Assembly: GCA_020891255.1 (NCBI GenBank) | Contig: BQFW01000005.1 | Span: forward strand, 992,001-1,056,000 | Length of the DNA stretch: 64,000 bases | Direction: 5' to 3' | Source: Entomortierella parvispora E1425 | Lineage: Eukaryota; Fungi; Mortierellomycota | Part shown: piece by piece, positions 1-11,147 of the stretch | Layout: every line of letters begins with the position of its first letter | Position numbering within the stretch: position 1 is the first letter of the stretch | The notes under the pieces: generated by a model | Database searches by the model: none | Seen by the model: the letters and a program-made list of their open reading frames with translations, nothing else | What the model was told of the DNA's origin: nothing | Made by a program: the position numbers and the translations under genes

Positions 1-38
1 ACCAAACCAAACCAAACACCAGCTCCTCTTCTGCAACC

Positions 39-1199
39 ATGAAGTACACCATCCTCATCGCCGCTGTCATTGCCTTGGTCCAGGCCGCTCCCCTCGTTAA
101 CAACGGAGGCAAGCCCATCACCGACTCTTACATTGTCATCCTCAAGGACGGTCAGACTGCCGATACTTTCCAGCCCCGCTTTGATGACATTGCCCGCCGC
201 CAGAACGGCCGTGGTCGCAAGCCCACCATCCACCGAAAGTATGGAAAGATCCCCGGTTTCGCCGCTTCCCTTAGCCCCGCTGCCTTGAAGGAGGTCTTGG
301 CCTCGCCCGAGGTCGCCTATGTTGAGCAGGATGCCATTGTCACCATCCAGGGATCCCAGTCTTCTCCTCCTTCCTGGGGTCTGACCCGTGTCTCCCAGGG
401 CAACTTGGACTTGACCAAGCCCTACCTCTACAACGATGCCGCCGGTGAGGGTGTCACTGCCTACGTTGTCGACACTGGTGTCTACGCCGCCCACTCTGAT
501 TTCGGTGGTCGCGCTACCTTCGGTGCCAACTTCATCACCGGCTCGGCCAACACGGACGAGAACGGTCACGGTACCCACGTTTCCGGCACCATCGGTGGCA
601 CCAAGTACGGTGTGGCCAAGAAAGTCAACATTGTCGGTGTCAAGGTCTTGGACGCTTCCGGTTCTGGATCCACCTCGGGCGTCGTTGCCGGTATGGACTG
701 GGTTGCCCAGCGCGCTGTTGCCGGAAAGTCGGTCGTGAACATGTCTCTTGGCGGTGGCAAGTCCCAGGCCATCGATGATGCCGCTGGCCGTCTCTTCAGG
801 GCTAACATTCCCTTGATCGTCGCCGCCGGTAACACTGCTACTCAGGATGCCTGCACTGGATCTCCCTCGGGTGCCCCTAACACCTTGACGGTCGCTGCCT
901 CGGACAAGACTGACAAGCCTGCCTCGTTCACCTCCTGGGGATCGTGCGTTGAGATTTTCGGACCCGGTGTTGGCATCACCTCTGCCTGGATCGGATCCAC
1001 CTCTGCGACCAACACCATCTCTGGCACCTCCATGGCCACCCCCCACGTGGTCGGTGTCGCTGCCCTTTACCTCTCCTACAACAGCTTGCCCACTGCCCAG
1101 TCCGTCTTTGACAAGTTGACCTCGACCGCCACCGTTGGCAAGATCACCGGTAACCTCAAGGGATCCCCCAACAAGTTGGTCTTCAACGGTGCCGTCTAA
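39..1199 (+). CDS. Secreted subtilisin-like serine protease (S8A, proteinase K type) with I9 propeptide, intronless, 386 aa
   Basis: Signal peptide MKYTILIAAVIALVQA; propeptide ending YVEQDAIVTI; catalytic motifs VVDTG, NGHGTHVSG, GTSMATPHV; oxyanion Asn in VAAGN. Confidence 0.97.
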   Translation: MKYTILIAAVIALVQAAPLVNNGGKPITDSYIVILKDGQTADTFQPRFDDIARRQNGRGRKPTIHRKYGKIPGFAASLSPAALKEVLASPEVAYVEQDAIVTIQGSQSSPPSWGLTRVSQGNLDLTKPYLYNDAAGEGVTAYVVDTGVYAAHSDFGGRATFGANFITGSANTDENGHGTHVSGTIGGTKYGVAKKVNIVGVKVLDASGSGSTSGVVAGMDWVAQRAVAGKSVVNMSLGGGKSQAIDDAAGRLFRANIPLIVAAGNTATQDACTGSPSGAPNTLTVAASDKTDKPASFTSWGSCVEIFGPGVGITSAWIGSTSATNTISGTSMATPHVVGVAALYLSYNSLPTAQSVFDKLTSTATVGKITGNLKGSPNKLVFNGAV

Positions 1200-1610
1200 A
1201 TCTGGCCCCTTTTGGCAGATTCCCCTGAACCATTCTGTTCATTTTGAACCAACGGTTCCCCTCTTTTGTATCTAGTGCGTGTATTTAGTTGTATGTAGTC
1301 AGTCAGTCAAGTTATGACAGAAAGAAGGGGTGGGGGACAGCGTTGATCGTCTCCCCTCCCCCCCACCATTCCCTCTTTTCTTTCTCTTTTTTTTGTGTCC
1401 CTTTCCAATGACTCTTTGTTTCGCTGGTTGAAAAAAAAACATACCTTCAAAAACCTATTCTTTGACAGAATAAAAAAAATTATAAAAAAGCAAAAAAATG
1501 AAAGGATTTGGGGAGAGGAAGAGGACCCATGGGCTCTTTGATCGTTTGTTTCTTTGGTTCTCTTGTTCTCTCAATCTCCACAGGATACCATGGGTCCAAA
1601 AAAAAAAAAA

Positions 1611-1619
1611 AAAAAAATC
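1611..1619 (+). repeat. Left target-site duplication AAAAAAATC
   Basis: Identical to 17630-17638; abuts the left TIR. Confidence 0.85.
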
Positions 1620-1703
1620 GGATCCAGGACAATCCACGCCCTAATTCTCTCATTGGTTGGGATTGAGAGCTACAGTTGGCGCATCTAAGCGCCCATACGC
1701 GCT
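1620..1703 (+). repeat. Left terminal inverted repeat (84 bp)
   Basis: GGATCCAGGACAATCCACGCCCTAATTCTCTCATTGGTTGGGATTGAGAGCTACAGTTGGCGCATCTAAGCGCCCATACGCGCT matches the reverse complement of 17546-17629 at 77/84 positions. Confidence 0.93.
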
Positions 1704-2041
1704 TAGAAGCATCCAAAATGGCGAGGGAGCTTTAGTAGACTGGGCCTCCATAGTTTATTTGTGTGTTTGGACCCACACACCACATTGCTGATTGGGGCAC
1801 AGTTTATGCCATAATTTCGTCCAGTGACGTCATTATGGCGTGAATTGTCCTCCTTTCACAACGTTTTGCACGCGCGCGGCGCGTCTCGACTTTGGTTCTT
1901 GTCTCATTTGACGCTCTTCATCAACTCTATCTCGTCCCACATTCTTTCACCAACCCTCTCCTTCTCTCGCATTTTCTCGCTCCCTCGCTACTTGCAAGTT
2001 AAGTTGAGTTTAAAGAAAAGTTCCTTATGATGTTGTTGTAA

Positions 2042-2345
2042 CAGCCACCCTGGATGAGACCATGTGGCTCACAGCCATTGACATTGGAATCTGGGTGTTG
2101 GTCCATGAGATCCAGAAGGATACCTCCTCTCAACCTTTAATGAAGGATGTACTCGATTTGGAAATGGAGTTACGACAACGTCGTCTTAATGTCAGCCACC
2201 CTGGATGAGACCATGCGGTTTACTCGAGCCTTGTTTAGGGCAGTATTAACCTTTGACATGGAATCTGGGTGTTGGTGCATGAGATCCAGGCGGACACTTA
2301 ACAATTTGCTGATTGCAAGAGTTTGTTCGACCTGGAAATGTAGAC
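2042..2345 (+). repeat. Diverged tandem duplication, period about 151 bp
   Basis: CAGCCACCCTGGATGAGACCATG at 2042 and 2193; both copies followed by GGAATCTGGGTGTTGGT.CATGAGATCCAG and TGGAAATG. Confidence 0.8.
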
Positions 2346-2416
2346 ATTGGACCCATGCAGCGTAGTTGCGGAAACAATACAACTATTCGTCCACACACTG
2401 ACATTTTGTTCTTTTC

Positions 2417-3609
2417 TTGTCCTTTGAATCCCCATTCGATTTTTTGTTTTTCACAACACAAGCACGATCCACTCTTTCCGAGATGGTCCATCACAAGTTC
2501 AATGCTTTCCTTGAGCATCATACGGATCTTTCCGCTATCTCTCATTTCGACTTCTTTAATAGTTATTTGGATTTGGCGGGGGCAGATGCCTGCAATATTT
2601 GGGTGTACGGCTTGGCGGATTTGGCAAAGGATGCGGATCCAGCCACCAAGGCATCAATGGCGTTGTTGAAAGAGAAATATCTCAAGGACAAGAAAAGTGG
2701 GACTTTGAGGCAGTATTGGAACCAATGTAAACTTGAGCAAGAGGCGGAGGCGTTGTGCCGGATCAGGCCTCTGACCCTTAATGTTTTTAGTTGACGAAGA
2801 TATATCAGCGCTTCCTGCGCTCTCTCATTAAAACAGATCTCTTCTTCCGTCTCGTCATTACTCGTACCCATACTTACTCACGTTGACGGGACCCCCTGCC
2901 CCGCACAGGCGTCAAAGAACGAGGCGACAATGCAGACTGTTATGACTGTAAACCGCACAACAACAAGAGTCATGCGGTCTGTGGAGAAGCATGCCAATGA
3001 CGGTCTTGAGAAGTTTGACGGTTCCATCCCTTCAGGTAACTGGTGCTTTGATTTGATAGGTGAACACTGTTGACTTTCTCTTCAATCACCCTGCGTTCAT
3101 CACGAATTTGTAGATTTCTTTTTGCTAACATCCTTTTATTTGCATAGGTGGATGTGTTCTTGACGATTGGTCGCAACTACTAATCGGATGGAAGGGAATG
3201 TAGGGGAATGGAGATGAGTGGAAGGAGAGTTCGACCAGGTAAGGAGGTGGGCTACTGTGTGTTTGAAGCGAGTATCAAGATTCGCCCTCCATTCCTCTAT
3301 TTTCCTCTTCTATTCGCCTCCAGTCCCCCCCCTCTACTCACCCTCACAGTCTGTCGTTTTTTATATCCTCCCCCACCAACCTTCTCCCACACTTCTAGTG
3401 CTTAGAGAGACATGGCTGCCGGCACGATTGTTCACCTCAAACGAGTAGGGGTACTTGAATTGATCGCTGAGATATGGGTTCATAGCAGTAGAATTGTCTT
3501 TCAAAGAAAATATCACGGCCAGGGAACAAACAGTTCTTACGGAGGACACCAAGTTAACCGCTCATTTTTTAATAGGCTGCTAAAACCACCATGGGTGACA
3601 GAGTCCTGA
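2417..3609 (+). pseudogene. Decayed spliced gene of unknown family, reading inward from the left TIR
   Basis: Protein-like ORF 2417-2794 (..LLKEKYLKDKKSGTLRQYWNQCKLEQEAE..) continues in frame past a TGA; plausible GT..AG introns near 3036-3148 and after 3239; no family recognised. Confidence 0.35.
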
Positions 3610-4245
3610 GGTCATAAGGCACAGGAGGACCATCAGAAGTGGCTCTGAGAGTTGGGAAGATCGAACTCCTGCTTTACTGAGTCTCACCCGGCTCTGGAGG
3701 AGTGCCAACACCTCCGTTGCCTTGGGGGTCGCGCGCCATAACAGTGGCAATGACGGCGAGGATAAGGATGATTGCCTTGATATTCATGGCTAGGAGTGAT
3801 CAAGAATGCAATGAAGGTTTTAATCACTGATATGGTTTGGTGCTGAAGGACGAAAAGGAGTATATTCTTCGTAATTCTAATATTAATTCTAAAGCCGATG
3901 TTTTTGCGTACTTAATTCTCTTATTGACATCACAAAATTGATGAGATCTCTAAATGACGAAGAAGTTGTACGTAAAATATTCTACGTATCACGTGATTAT
4001 CTCTGCGTACTTTTCGTGGAGCGTGTTTTGTGTGGAGCGTGCTTTTTCATTCTCCAACCTTCTCGACCAAAGCCCATTCTTCATCCTGTCCACAGCAAGT
4101 TTGTAGACTCATATGACTCACTTGACGCAACAAACCACCAACTGTAGACTCACTTGACGTAACAATACCACCAACACTCCAATGCGAATGCCCCAATCCC
4201 CTCTGTCGGATTCATCCCGTGCCATGTTGTCTTCACCCCTTTTTA

Positions 4246-4335
4246 CAAGGCATTCATGACCAAGGCATTCATGTCCAAGGCATTCATGTCCAAGGCATTC
4301 ATGTCCAAGGCATTCATGTCCAAGGCACTCATGAC
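4246..4335 (+). repeat. 15-bp minisatellite (CAAGGCATTCATGWC) x6
   Basis: Six head-to-tail copies read directly. Confidence 0.95.
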
Positions 4336-4565
4336 CATGGCAACGTACTGCATGTGTGAGCAACACGAGGTAACAACATAAACAGTACTGAAAAAAGTGA
4401 AGCATGTTTTGAGAGACGACCTTCTTTCCTTCCCTACCTTTGACCTCTTGACCCCGCTGCCGTAAGCAAGCAATCTGGAAATGCGGTCCAATATGAACCA
4501 TGTGAATTTTGAAGAAGCGCAGAGTGAACAGGGGGCAGGACAAGAGGTCATCAAGAAACGCCACA

Positions 4566-4657
4566 CATGGTGAACAGCAGGACAACAGGAAGCGCGGCTC
4601 ATGGTGAACAGCAGGATAACAGGAAACGCGGCACATGGTAAACAGCAGGACAACAGG
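4566..4657 (+). repeat. 34-bp tandem repeat x about 2.7
   Basis: CATGGTGAACAGCAGGACAACAGGAAGCGCGGCT-like units at 4566, 4600 and 4634. Confidence 0.9.
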
Positions 4658-4947
4658 TCAAAAGGAAAACGCAAGCAAATTTCGATGGAATAATGCGACA
4701 TCATTCGACAGCAGCCCCACATAGGCGGCGCACCGACATGTCTTGGACCGACCGCACGACAGTGCAACTGAGCGATAGCACCGAAAGTAACAAATAGTGG
4801 ATACGGCTATAAAGTGAAGCGCCGACAAGGCTTCCTCGCACCTTCTCCTCTATCTTTATTCATCACAATTCATATTGACACGCCCCGCATTGCCTTCGTT
4901 CTATCAACAAAATAACAGGTAACGGAATCTCCAAGAGGCATTCTCCG

Positions 4948-5875
4948 ATGACAAAAGCTCAGAAAAATAGCCGACGAGTGATAACACGTTCGCACGCGGC
5001 GCCTCGTCCATGTACCCTCAATACATGTGGCACTGGCAGCGCCAATCAAGACAAGAGAAAGAGACAGCGAGAGGAGGACGATGACGGTCACGAGGATATG
5101 GTTCAGGTCAAACTCGAGAGTATCCGTCCGCAAAAGGGCCTAAAAGCCGTCGCCACGCCTGCCAGCACTAGCAGCACCTACACAAACAGAACCATCGACT
5201 TCAAGAAAGCCAAGCTTGGGTCTCCACGAAAGTCTGCAGACAAAAAGGAGGCCTCAGTTTCAGACACACAGGATGTATGCGGATTGTGTAATGATGCCGG
5301 GCACAAATCTGCCGAATGCGAGTAAGTTTTGCAGACTGTTATATTATTTGTATGTTTGTATCAAGCAAGACCGAAGGTGTCGTGCCTACTAACGACGTCT
5401 TCCCTCCGATGCCCATGCGTTAGATTATAGATCTGTTTGAGACTGGCAACCAACAAGGGCTCGTTACAGAATCACTCTCAAAGTCAACACCATTAAACTC
5501 TCTGGAAGCCAACGCCAACAACGAAGAGAACCGAATGCCCCTGACGTTGAGAATGGCCTACACTATGGTTTGAATTTAGCAAAAAAGGGAGAGCCACTTC
5601 CTCGTGATTTCGCAGCTTTCGAGGGGCTCGGGATCCAAGCATACGAAGCTTTAAAGAACAATAGAGCTCAGGACGTCTCCATTGATGGTGAAGTCATCAG
5701 CAAAAGTTATCAGCTATTATCAACTCTTGCTCAACTTGCGGATGACGGACTTATGGATATTGACACAAGCACCCAGTCATTCTCACCGTTCGAAATACTC
5801 AAGCTGAATGTCTCATCAACTTCGCAACGGAAATGTTTTGTCCTGACCAAGAAGCTGCGGCTTATACAGCAATAG
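4948..5875 (+). pseudogene. Fragmentary gene with a CCHC zinc knuckle, possibly Helitron-captured
   Basis: ORF 4948-5325 ends CGLCNDAGHKSAEC (CX2CX4HX4C) followed by a GTAAGT donor; a second protein-like ORF ends at 5875 directly before the helicase fragment. Confidence 0.4.
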
Positions 5876-6422
5876 ACACCGTTGCCAACGATGATGATGG
5901 AGAAGCCAGTCGCGTTATTAGCACGATCTCAAGGATTTTGTTCCCCCGGATTTCCCCCCATACGAACTACGACTGAAGCCGGGAATGCCAATCATGTGCA
6001 TCCGCAACATTGACACCATGAATGGCTTCTGTAATGGAACGAGGCGAATTGTCAAGGAAACATATAATCATATCATCATCGCCACTTTCGCAACGGGAGA
6101 GAAAGCTGGTCAGCAGGTCACCCTCTGCCCGATCTATCACCCAACGTTCGAGGACGGCTCTACGCCTGTTCCAATAACACGATTGCAGTTTCCTATTAAG
6201 CCTGCTTTCGCCATGACCATCAACAAGAGTCAAGGGCAGACTCTCAACCATGTGGCTGTCTTCCTTTCTCAGAGGGTCTTTTCTCACGGTCAGCTGTATG
6301 TCGCGCTTTCTCGTTGCACCAATCCTGATAACTTGAAGGTTTTTGTAGCAGACGGCGCTGTCAAGGGACAAGAAGGCACATACACACGTAACGTAGTATA
6401 TCGTCAGGTTTTAGAATGGTGA
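5873..6422 (+). pseudogene. C-terminal fragment of a Helitron PIF1-family helicase
   Basis: FPPYELRLKPGMPIMCIRNID..GFCNGTR, RLQFPIKPAFAMTINKSQGQTL, VFSHGQLYVALSR, TRNVVY; 5' part missing and frameshifted near 5920. Confidence 0.92.
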
Positions 6423-6464
6423 ATCAATGGTTGTTCTTGAATAAAGAAACGAGAAAAGAAAAAA

Positions 6465-6497
6465 GCTCGTGGCGATAGCCACGAGCAAATCTGCTAG
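6465..6497 (+). mobile_element. Helitron 3' terminus (hairpin plus CTAG)
   Basis: GCTCGTGGC-GATA-GCCACGAGC (9-bp stem, 6465-6486), then 7 nt, CTAG at 6494-6497, followed by T; about 40 nt after the helicase stop. Confidence 0.88.
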
Positions 6498-6779
6498 TTT
6501 TTTAGTAAACTTACTTGATGTTGTTGAGTGGGAGGAAGAGGATGAGCTCTGATTTGGAACGCGAATGTCCTTCCCTTTTATACCAATCTTTCTATAATCT
6601 GGTCTGCATTCAGTTTTCGCAAAAACGTTAGGAGTGTTGATGCATGATTCTGGGACTTTCCGTTTGGCCGGTTTCACCAAATCATGAAGCATGCGGATTT
6701 AAGACAGAACCCAAGATTTGCCGGAAGTGTGTACCGGCAGTTGTCCTGCGCCCGACAGCCCTACCTTATCAAAACCAAG

Positions 6780-7960
6780 GCAAGGTACATGACCAGCAGG
6801 GTGCATGACCAGCAGGGCAAGGAAGCATCTATTTGTCGTCCGGTCCGACAGGTCTTACTTGTCGCCCGGTTCTTATTTGTCGTCCGATGTAAGGCAAATG
6901 GCAAAACAAAAAGTTCGTTGCTGTTATTTGCCATTCTGCTGTGCTCCAGCTCTCGCAAATAAAGTTCAGGGGCAAACTGAAGCGCGAGGATGTTCGCATT
7001 TCCTTTCCTAGAGTTCAAACTTCGAAAAAAAAAATCGCGTATGTACAGTACAGCATTACCTGTATCTGATGTCGTTCACCTACCCTCTCTCTACCTCCTT
7101 GCCTGAGCGAACCTCTGAATTCTGCCCACCCCTCACGGTTCTCATATATCAAAGCGGTGATCTCATGCAGAGCCTCAATCTGTAAAGGCGCACAAAACGA
7201 TCAAGCTCAGGAAGTTCGACATCAGAAATGCAAATGCGTCGGTGGACAAAACGATATTGACCGACGGTCACATGGAACTTCTGAGAGAGATGAAAGGCGT
7301 TCCCAGGAGTGGTCTTATGACCAAACTCAGTCGATAATCGATCCATGATCATATACATACTTCCCATATCGAGGCATTTTGCAGTGGATGGCCAGGGCGC
7401 GGTACATGACCAGGGCGCGGTGCAGAAATCCAGACGAAAAATAAGAGAAGACAAATAAGAGCATTGGACGACAAGGAAGGAACTTTCAGATAGGACCACA
7501 AATAGACACTTTCAAATACAGTACACTTCCCCAAACGAGGTACTTTGCGATGTACAGTACATGTACAGAAATCCACACGACAAATAAAAGAGCATTGGAC
7601 GACAAATAAGAGAATCGAACGACATGGAAGGGGCCGTCAGACCGGACGACAAATAGACACTTCCAGCAGGGCAAGGTCAAATTTAACTGTAGGGGTTTCT
7701 TGTGTACAGCTCTCGTTGGTCTTGTTGGTCCAACTGGACAGTTTAACTCTAGGGGGTATCTTGTGTCCAACCTTCCTTTTGAGCGCTCAGTTTTTGTCGT
7801 TGGTCTTGTTGGTCTTGTTGGTCTTGTTGGTAGTCCACAGCTGGACAGAAAGCAGTTTCGTGAGAAAAACGGAAATGCGCTCTTTGCCGTCAAATTTATC
7901 TCTGGGAGATTTCTTGTGTCCAGCTCTCATATTTTTTCCGTTGGTCTTGTTGTACGGCAG
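6780..7960. repeat. Non-coding mosaic of short motifs in both orientations
   Basis: GACGACAAATA-like motifs on the minus strand (6830, 6874) and plus strand (about 7455-7660); perfect 18-bp inverted pair 6828-6845 and 7640-7657; (GTTGGTCTT)n blocks at about 7716, 7798 and 7940. Confidence 0.65.
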
Positions 7961-8051
7961 AAACCACATCGAATGTGAGATTTGACTCAATGTGGATCCG
8001 ATTGAGAGATAGAGGTAGTCTATCGGTAGTCTAATTGGAAAAATGTTGGAA

Positions 8052-8095
8052 TAGAGTCCTCCTCAGAGGTTTTGGAAACCTCTGGGGGACTCTAG
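8052..8095 (+). other. Long imperfect hairpin ending in CTAG
   Basis: TAGAGTCCTCCTCAGAGGTTT-TGG-AAACCTCTGGGGGACTCTA: 19-bp stem with two bulged T. Confidence 0.7.
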
Positions 8096-8228
8096 TCTAT
8101 CCATGTCGTTGACGTCCTACTTTCGTTTGCATGGGGCAACAAAAAACTCCAATTCGCCCATAAATCTTCGTTTTTTCATCTTCCTTGTTCTTCATTTCCT
8201 TCACTCCCTATCCTCGCATCGCACATTC

Positions 8229-10793
8229 ATGGTCACCGCCGAAGCATCCTTCACTACCTCCTTGGATGGCAAGATTGTCTATCCTCAGGTCCACCGCACT
8301 GATGTCACCTACTCTCAACACGGCGTGACGATCGCCGATCCTTATAGCGGGCTAGAAAATCGCCACTCTGAGGAGACCAAGGCTTTTATTGACGCCCAGA
8401 ACAGGATCTCGGCCGAGTTCATGAGCAAGTTTAAGGACAAGCAAAAGTTCCGTGAACGGTAGGGACAGCTCCTCATGCCTCAATTATTATTATATTATTA
8501 TTATTGTTATTATTATTATTTTTACCAGCTGAACACTTCTTTCTCGATTCGTTTTTTCTTCCTGTTTGGATCAGTTTGACAGATCTCTTTAATTATGAGC
8601 GGTGCGGTTCCCCCGACAAGTATGGCGACTATTACTACTACCTCCACAACTCTGGTCTCCAACTTCAGAGCATTTTCTATCAGCAGGATACTCCCGAGTC
8701 TGAGCCTCGCGTTTTTTTAGACCCCAACACCTTGGAGGATGATGGAACAGCATCATTGAGATTTCACAGCTTCTCTCACTCTGGAAATTTGTACGGCTAC
8801 GCCATCTCCAAGTCGGGATCCGACTGGTGCACTATTCACGTCAAGGACTGTCTTGGCAACGAGTTGAGCGATGTTGTTGAGTGGGCCAAATTTACCCAAA
8901 TTGCCTTCACCCATGACGATGAAGGTTTCTACTATTCCGTAAGTGCTACTTTTTTTTCGAATTAGTGTTTCCTTGATGGTTGACTGCGACATCTTGATAT
9001 TGCGTGGCCCATCAACTGTCCATTCATTTTGTATTATTCAAACATTTTAAAAGAGATATGAAAACTCCAATGTGAACGCCGCCCAGGCAGCAACAGACAC
9101 AGCCTCTGACATCCATCACCGATTGTGCTACCACAGGATTGGTACTCCTCAGTCAGAAGATGTTCTTGTTCACCTCAATACCGATAACCCCGTGTACAAA
9201 CACAATGCCGGAATCTCTGATGACGGAAAGTATCTCCTCATGAGCATCACAAGGTCCTGTGACCCTGCAAAGATGTTGTATATTGGTGATCTCGAGATCG
9301 CCGGAAATGTCATTACTCAGGGCTACGAATGGATCAAACTTGTTGACAGCTTCGAGGCCGATTACAGCTAGTAAGCGACAATTCTGTTTTTTTTGTAAGC
9401 TTGAAAGGGATGGAATATGACTGGAATCTGACTTTCAGTATTTAGTTTGACCAACGACGACACTGTCTTCTATTTCCAGACCAACAAGGACGCTCCTCGG
9501 GACAAGATAGTCAAGTATGATTTGGCCAAGCCCGAAGAGGTAAAAAGCACTGTACTCCCCCATGAGATATAATTGCACTCAAATGATGTGCTTCCATGGC
9601 ACTGACAGATGTTTCAATACCCCCTATTGACTCCACCACTGCAGGGTTTCGTCGACATCGTTCTTCAGGCTGATGATGTTTTGGTTGATAGCGCTGTTGT
9701 TGACGGCAACAAGTTGGTTCTCATATACATGCGCGACGTCAAAAACATTGTTGTTGTCCACGATTTGAACTCTGGACAGTTCCTCTATCAAATCCCCCTT
9801 CCCGTCGGTACCCTTGGTGGTATTGTCGGGCATCGCACAGGCAGGGAGTTCTATATCATATTTTCTTCCTACCTTACCCCTGGCACCAGTTATCGCTACG
9901 ACTTTAGCATCAAGAACCAGGAGGAACGTTTATCGATCTTCCGCGAACCAAGCCTCAAGAACTTTGATAACACGTTGTTCACGACCAAACAGGTCTTCTA
10001 CGAGAGCAAGGACGGTTCCAAGATCCCCATGTTCATCAGTCATAGGAAGGATCTGGTATTTGATGGTAACAACTCTACGCTTTTGCATGGATATGGTGGC
10101 TTCTCCAGCCTCCAGAAGGCCGCCTTCTCGCCTTCATACATTGTCTTCATGCAGCACCTTGGTGGTGTTGTAGCCGTCGCCAATCTTCGCGGTGGTGGAG
10201 AGTATGGACAGGACTGGCATCACGCCGGAACCCGGTTGAACAAGCAGAACGTTTTCGATGACTTCCAATCTGCCGCCAAATATCTCGTCAACGAAAAGTA
10301 TACCCAGCCCTCCAAGTTGGCCATTACTGGAGCATCAAACGGCGGCCTTCTTGTTGCCGCCTGTGTGAACCAGGCCCCGGAACTTTTTGGTGCTGCCGTC
10401 GTTGAGGTCGGTGTCTTGGATATGTTGCGATTTCACAAATTCACCGTTGGTCACTCTTGGCAGTTCGAGTACGGCTACCCCGACGACAGTGCTGAGGACT
10501 TTCATAACCTTCACAAGTATTCTCCCCTGCACAATGTTCACAAGAACCAGTCCTATCCCGCCGTCGCCCTGCTCACCGCTGACCACGATGATCGGGTTGT
10601 TCCCTTGCACTCGTTCAAGCACATTGCCGAGCTTCAGCACACTGCTGGTCCGTTGACCAATAACCCCCTCGTTATTCGTATCGAGGCCAAGGCCGGGCAT
10701 GGGTCAGGAAAACCTATCACGAAGCGTATTGAAGCGATTACTGACAAGTTTGCCTTTATTGCCACCTCCATTGGCGCCACCTGGAGGGATTAG
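8229..10793 (+). CDS. Prolyl oligopeptidase (S9A), 5 exons, about 717 aa, apparently intact
   Basis: Exons 8229-8458, 8575-8938, 9054-9370, 9446-9539, 9645-10793 join in frame (2154 nt). Motifs DPY.GLE, HGYGGF, ANLRGGGEYG, GASNGGLL (Ser), DHDDRVVP (Asp), AGHG (His). Confidence 0.95.
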
Positions 10794-10998
10794 ATCTAAA
10801 GGAGCTACCCGCTCTGCTCGGCCACTCTTTTCAAGGGAGGGAGAGTTTGTCGCCTGCCTTGTAGACTCGGTAGTTCCTTATGGGTAATGTCTTTCGCTGG
10901 CTATAGAAATAAAACGCCCATCGCACAAAGTTGAATCTGGACAAAAAAAAAAGAATAGCTAGAGGTGCCAGAAAGGTTACTACATTCTCTCTTGAAGA

Positions 10999-11088
10999 GA
11001 TGGAGGGAAGGAGGTGTGGAGGAAGGATGGAGGGAAGGAGGTGTGGAGGAAGGATGGAGGGAAGGAGGTGTGGAGGAAGGATGGAGGG
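10999..11088 (+). repeat. 27-bp purine-rich tandem repeat x3.3
   Basis: GATGGAGGGAAGGAGGTGTGGAGGAAG at 10999, 11026, 11053 and a partial copy at 11080. Confidence 0.95.
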
Positions 11089-11147
11089 GAGAGCCTGCGC
11101 CATCTGCAGTTCTGCGCCCTCCGCTGTTATTAACAGCCTCGATGGTC

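Noticed and set aside
4246-4657. Tandem repeats (15 bp, 34 bp; also 27 bp at 10999) as a CRISPR array or guide array
   Set aside because: Units are head-to-tail with no unique spacers, and the context is eukaryotic.
4118-4767. Repetitive ORFs (GHECL)n and (MNALD)n as RiPP precursors for the nearby POP
   Set aside because: They are two frames of the same 15-bp minisatellite; no signal or leader peptide, no Pro at core ends, no KR/RR sites.
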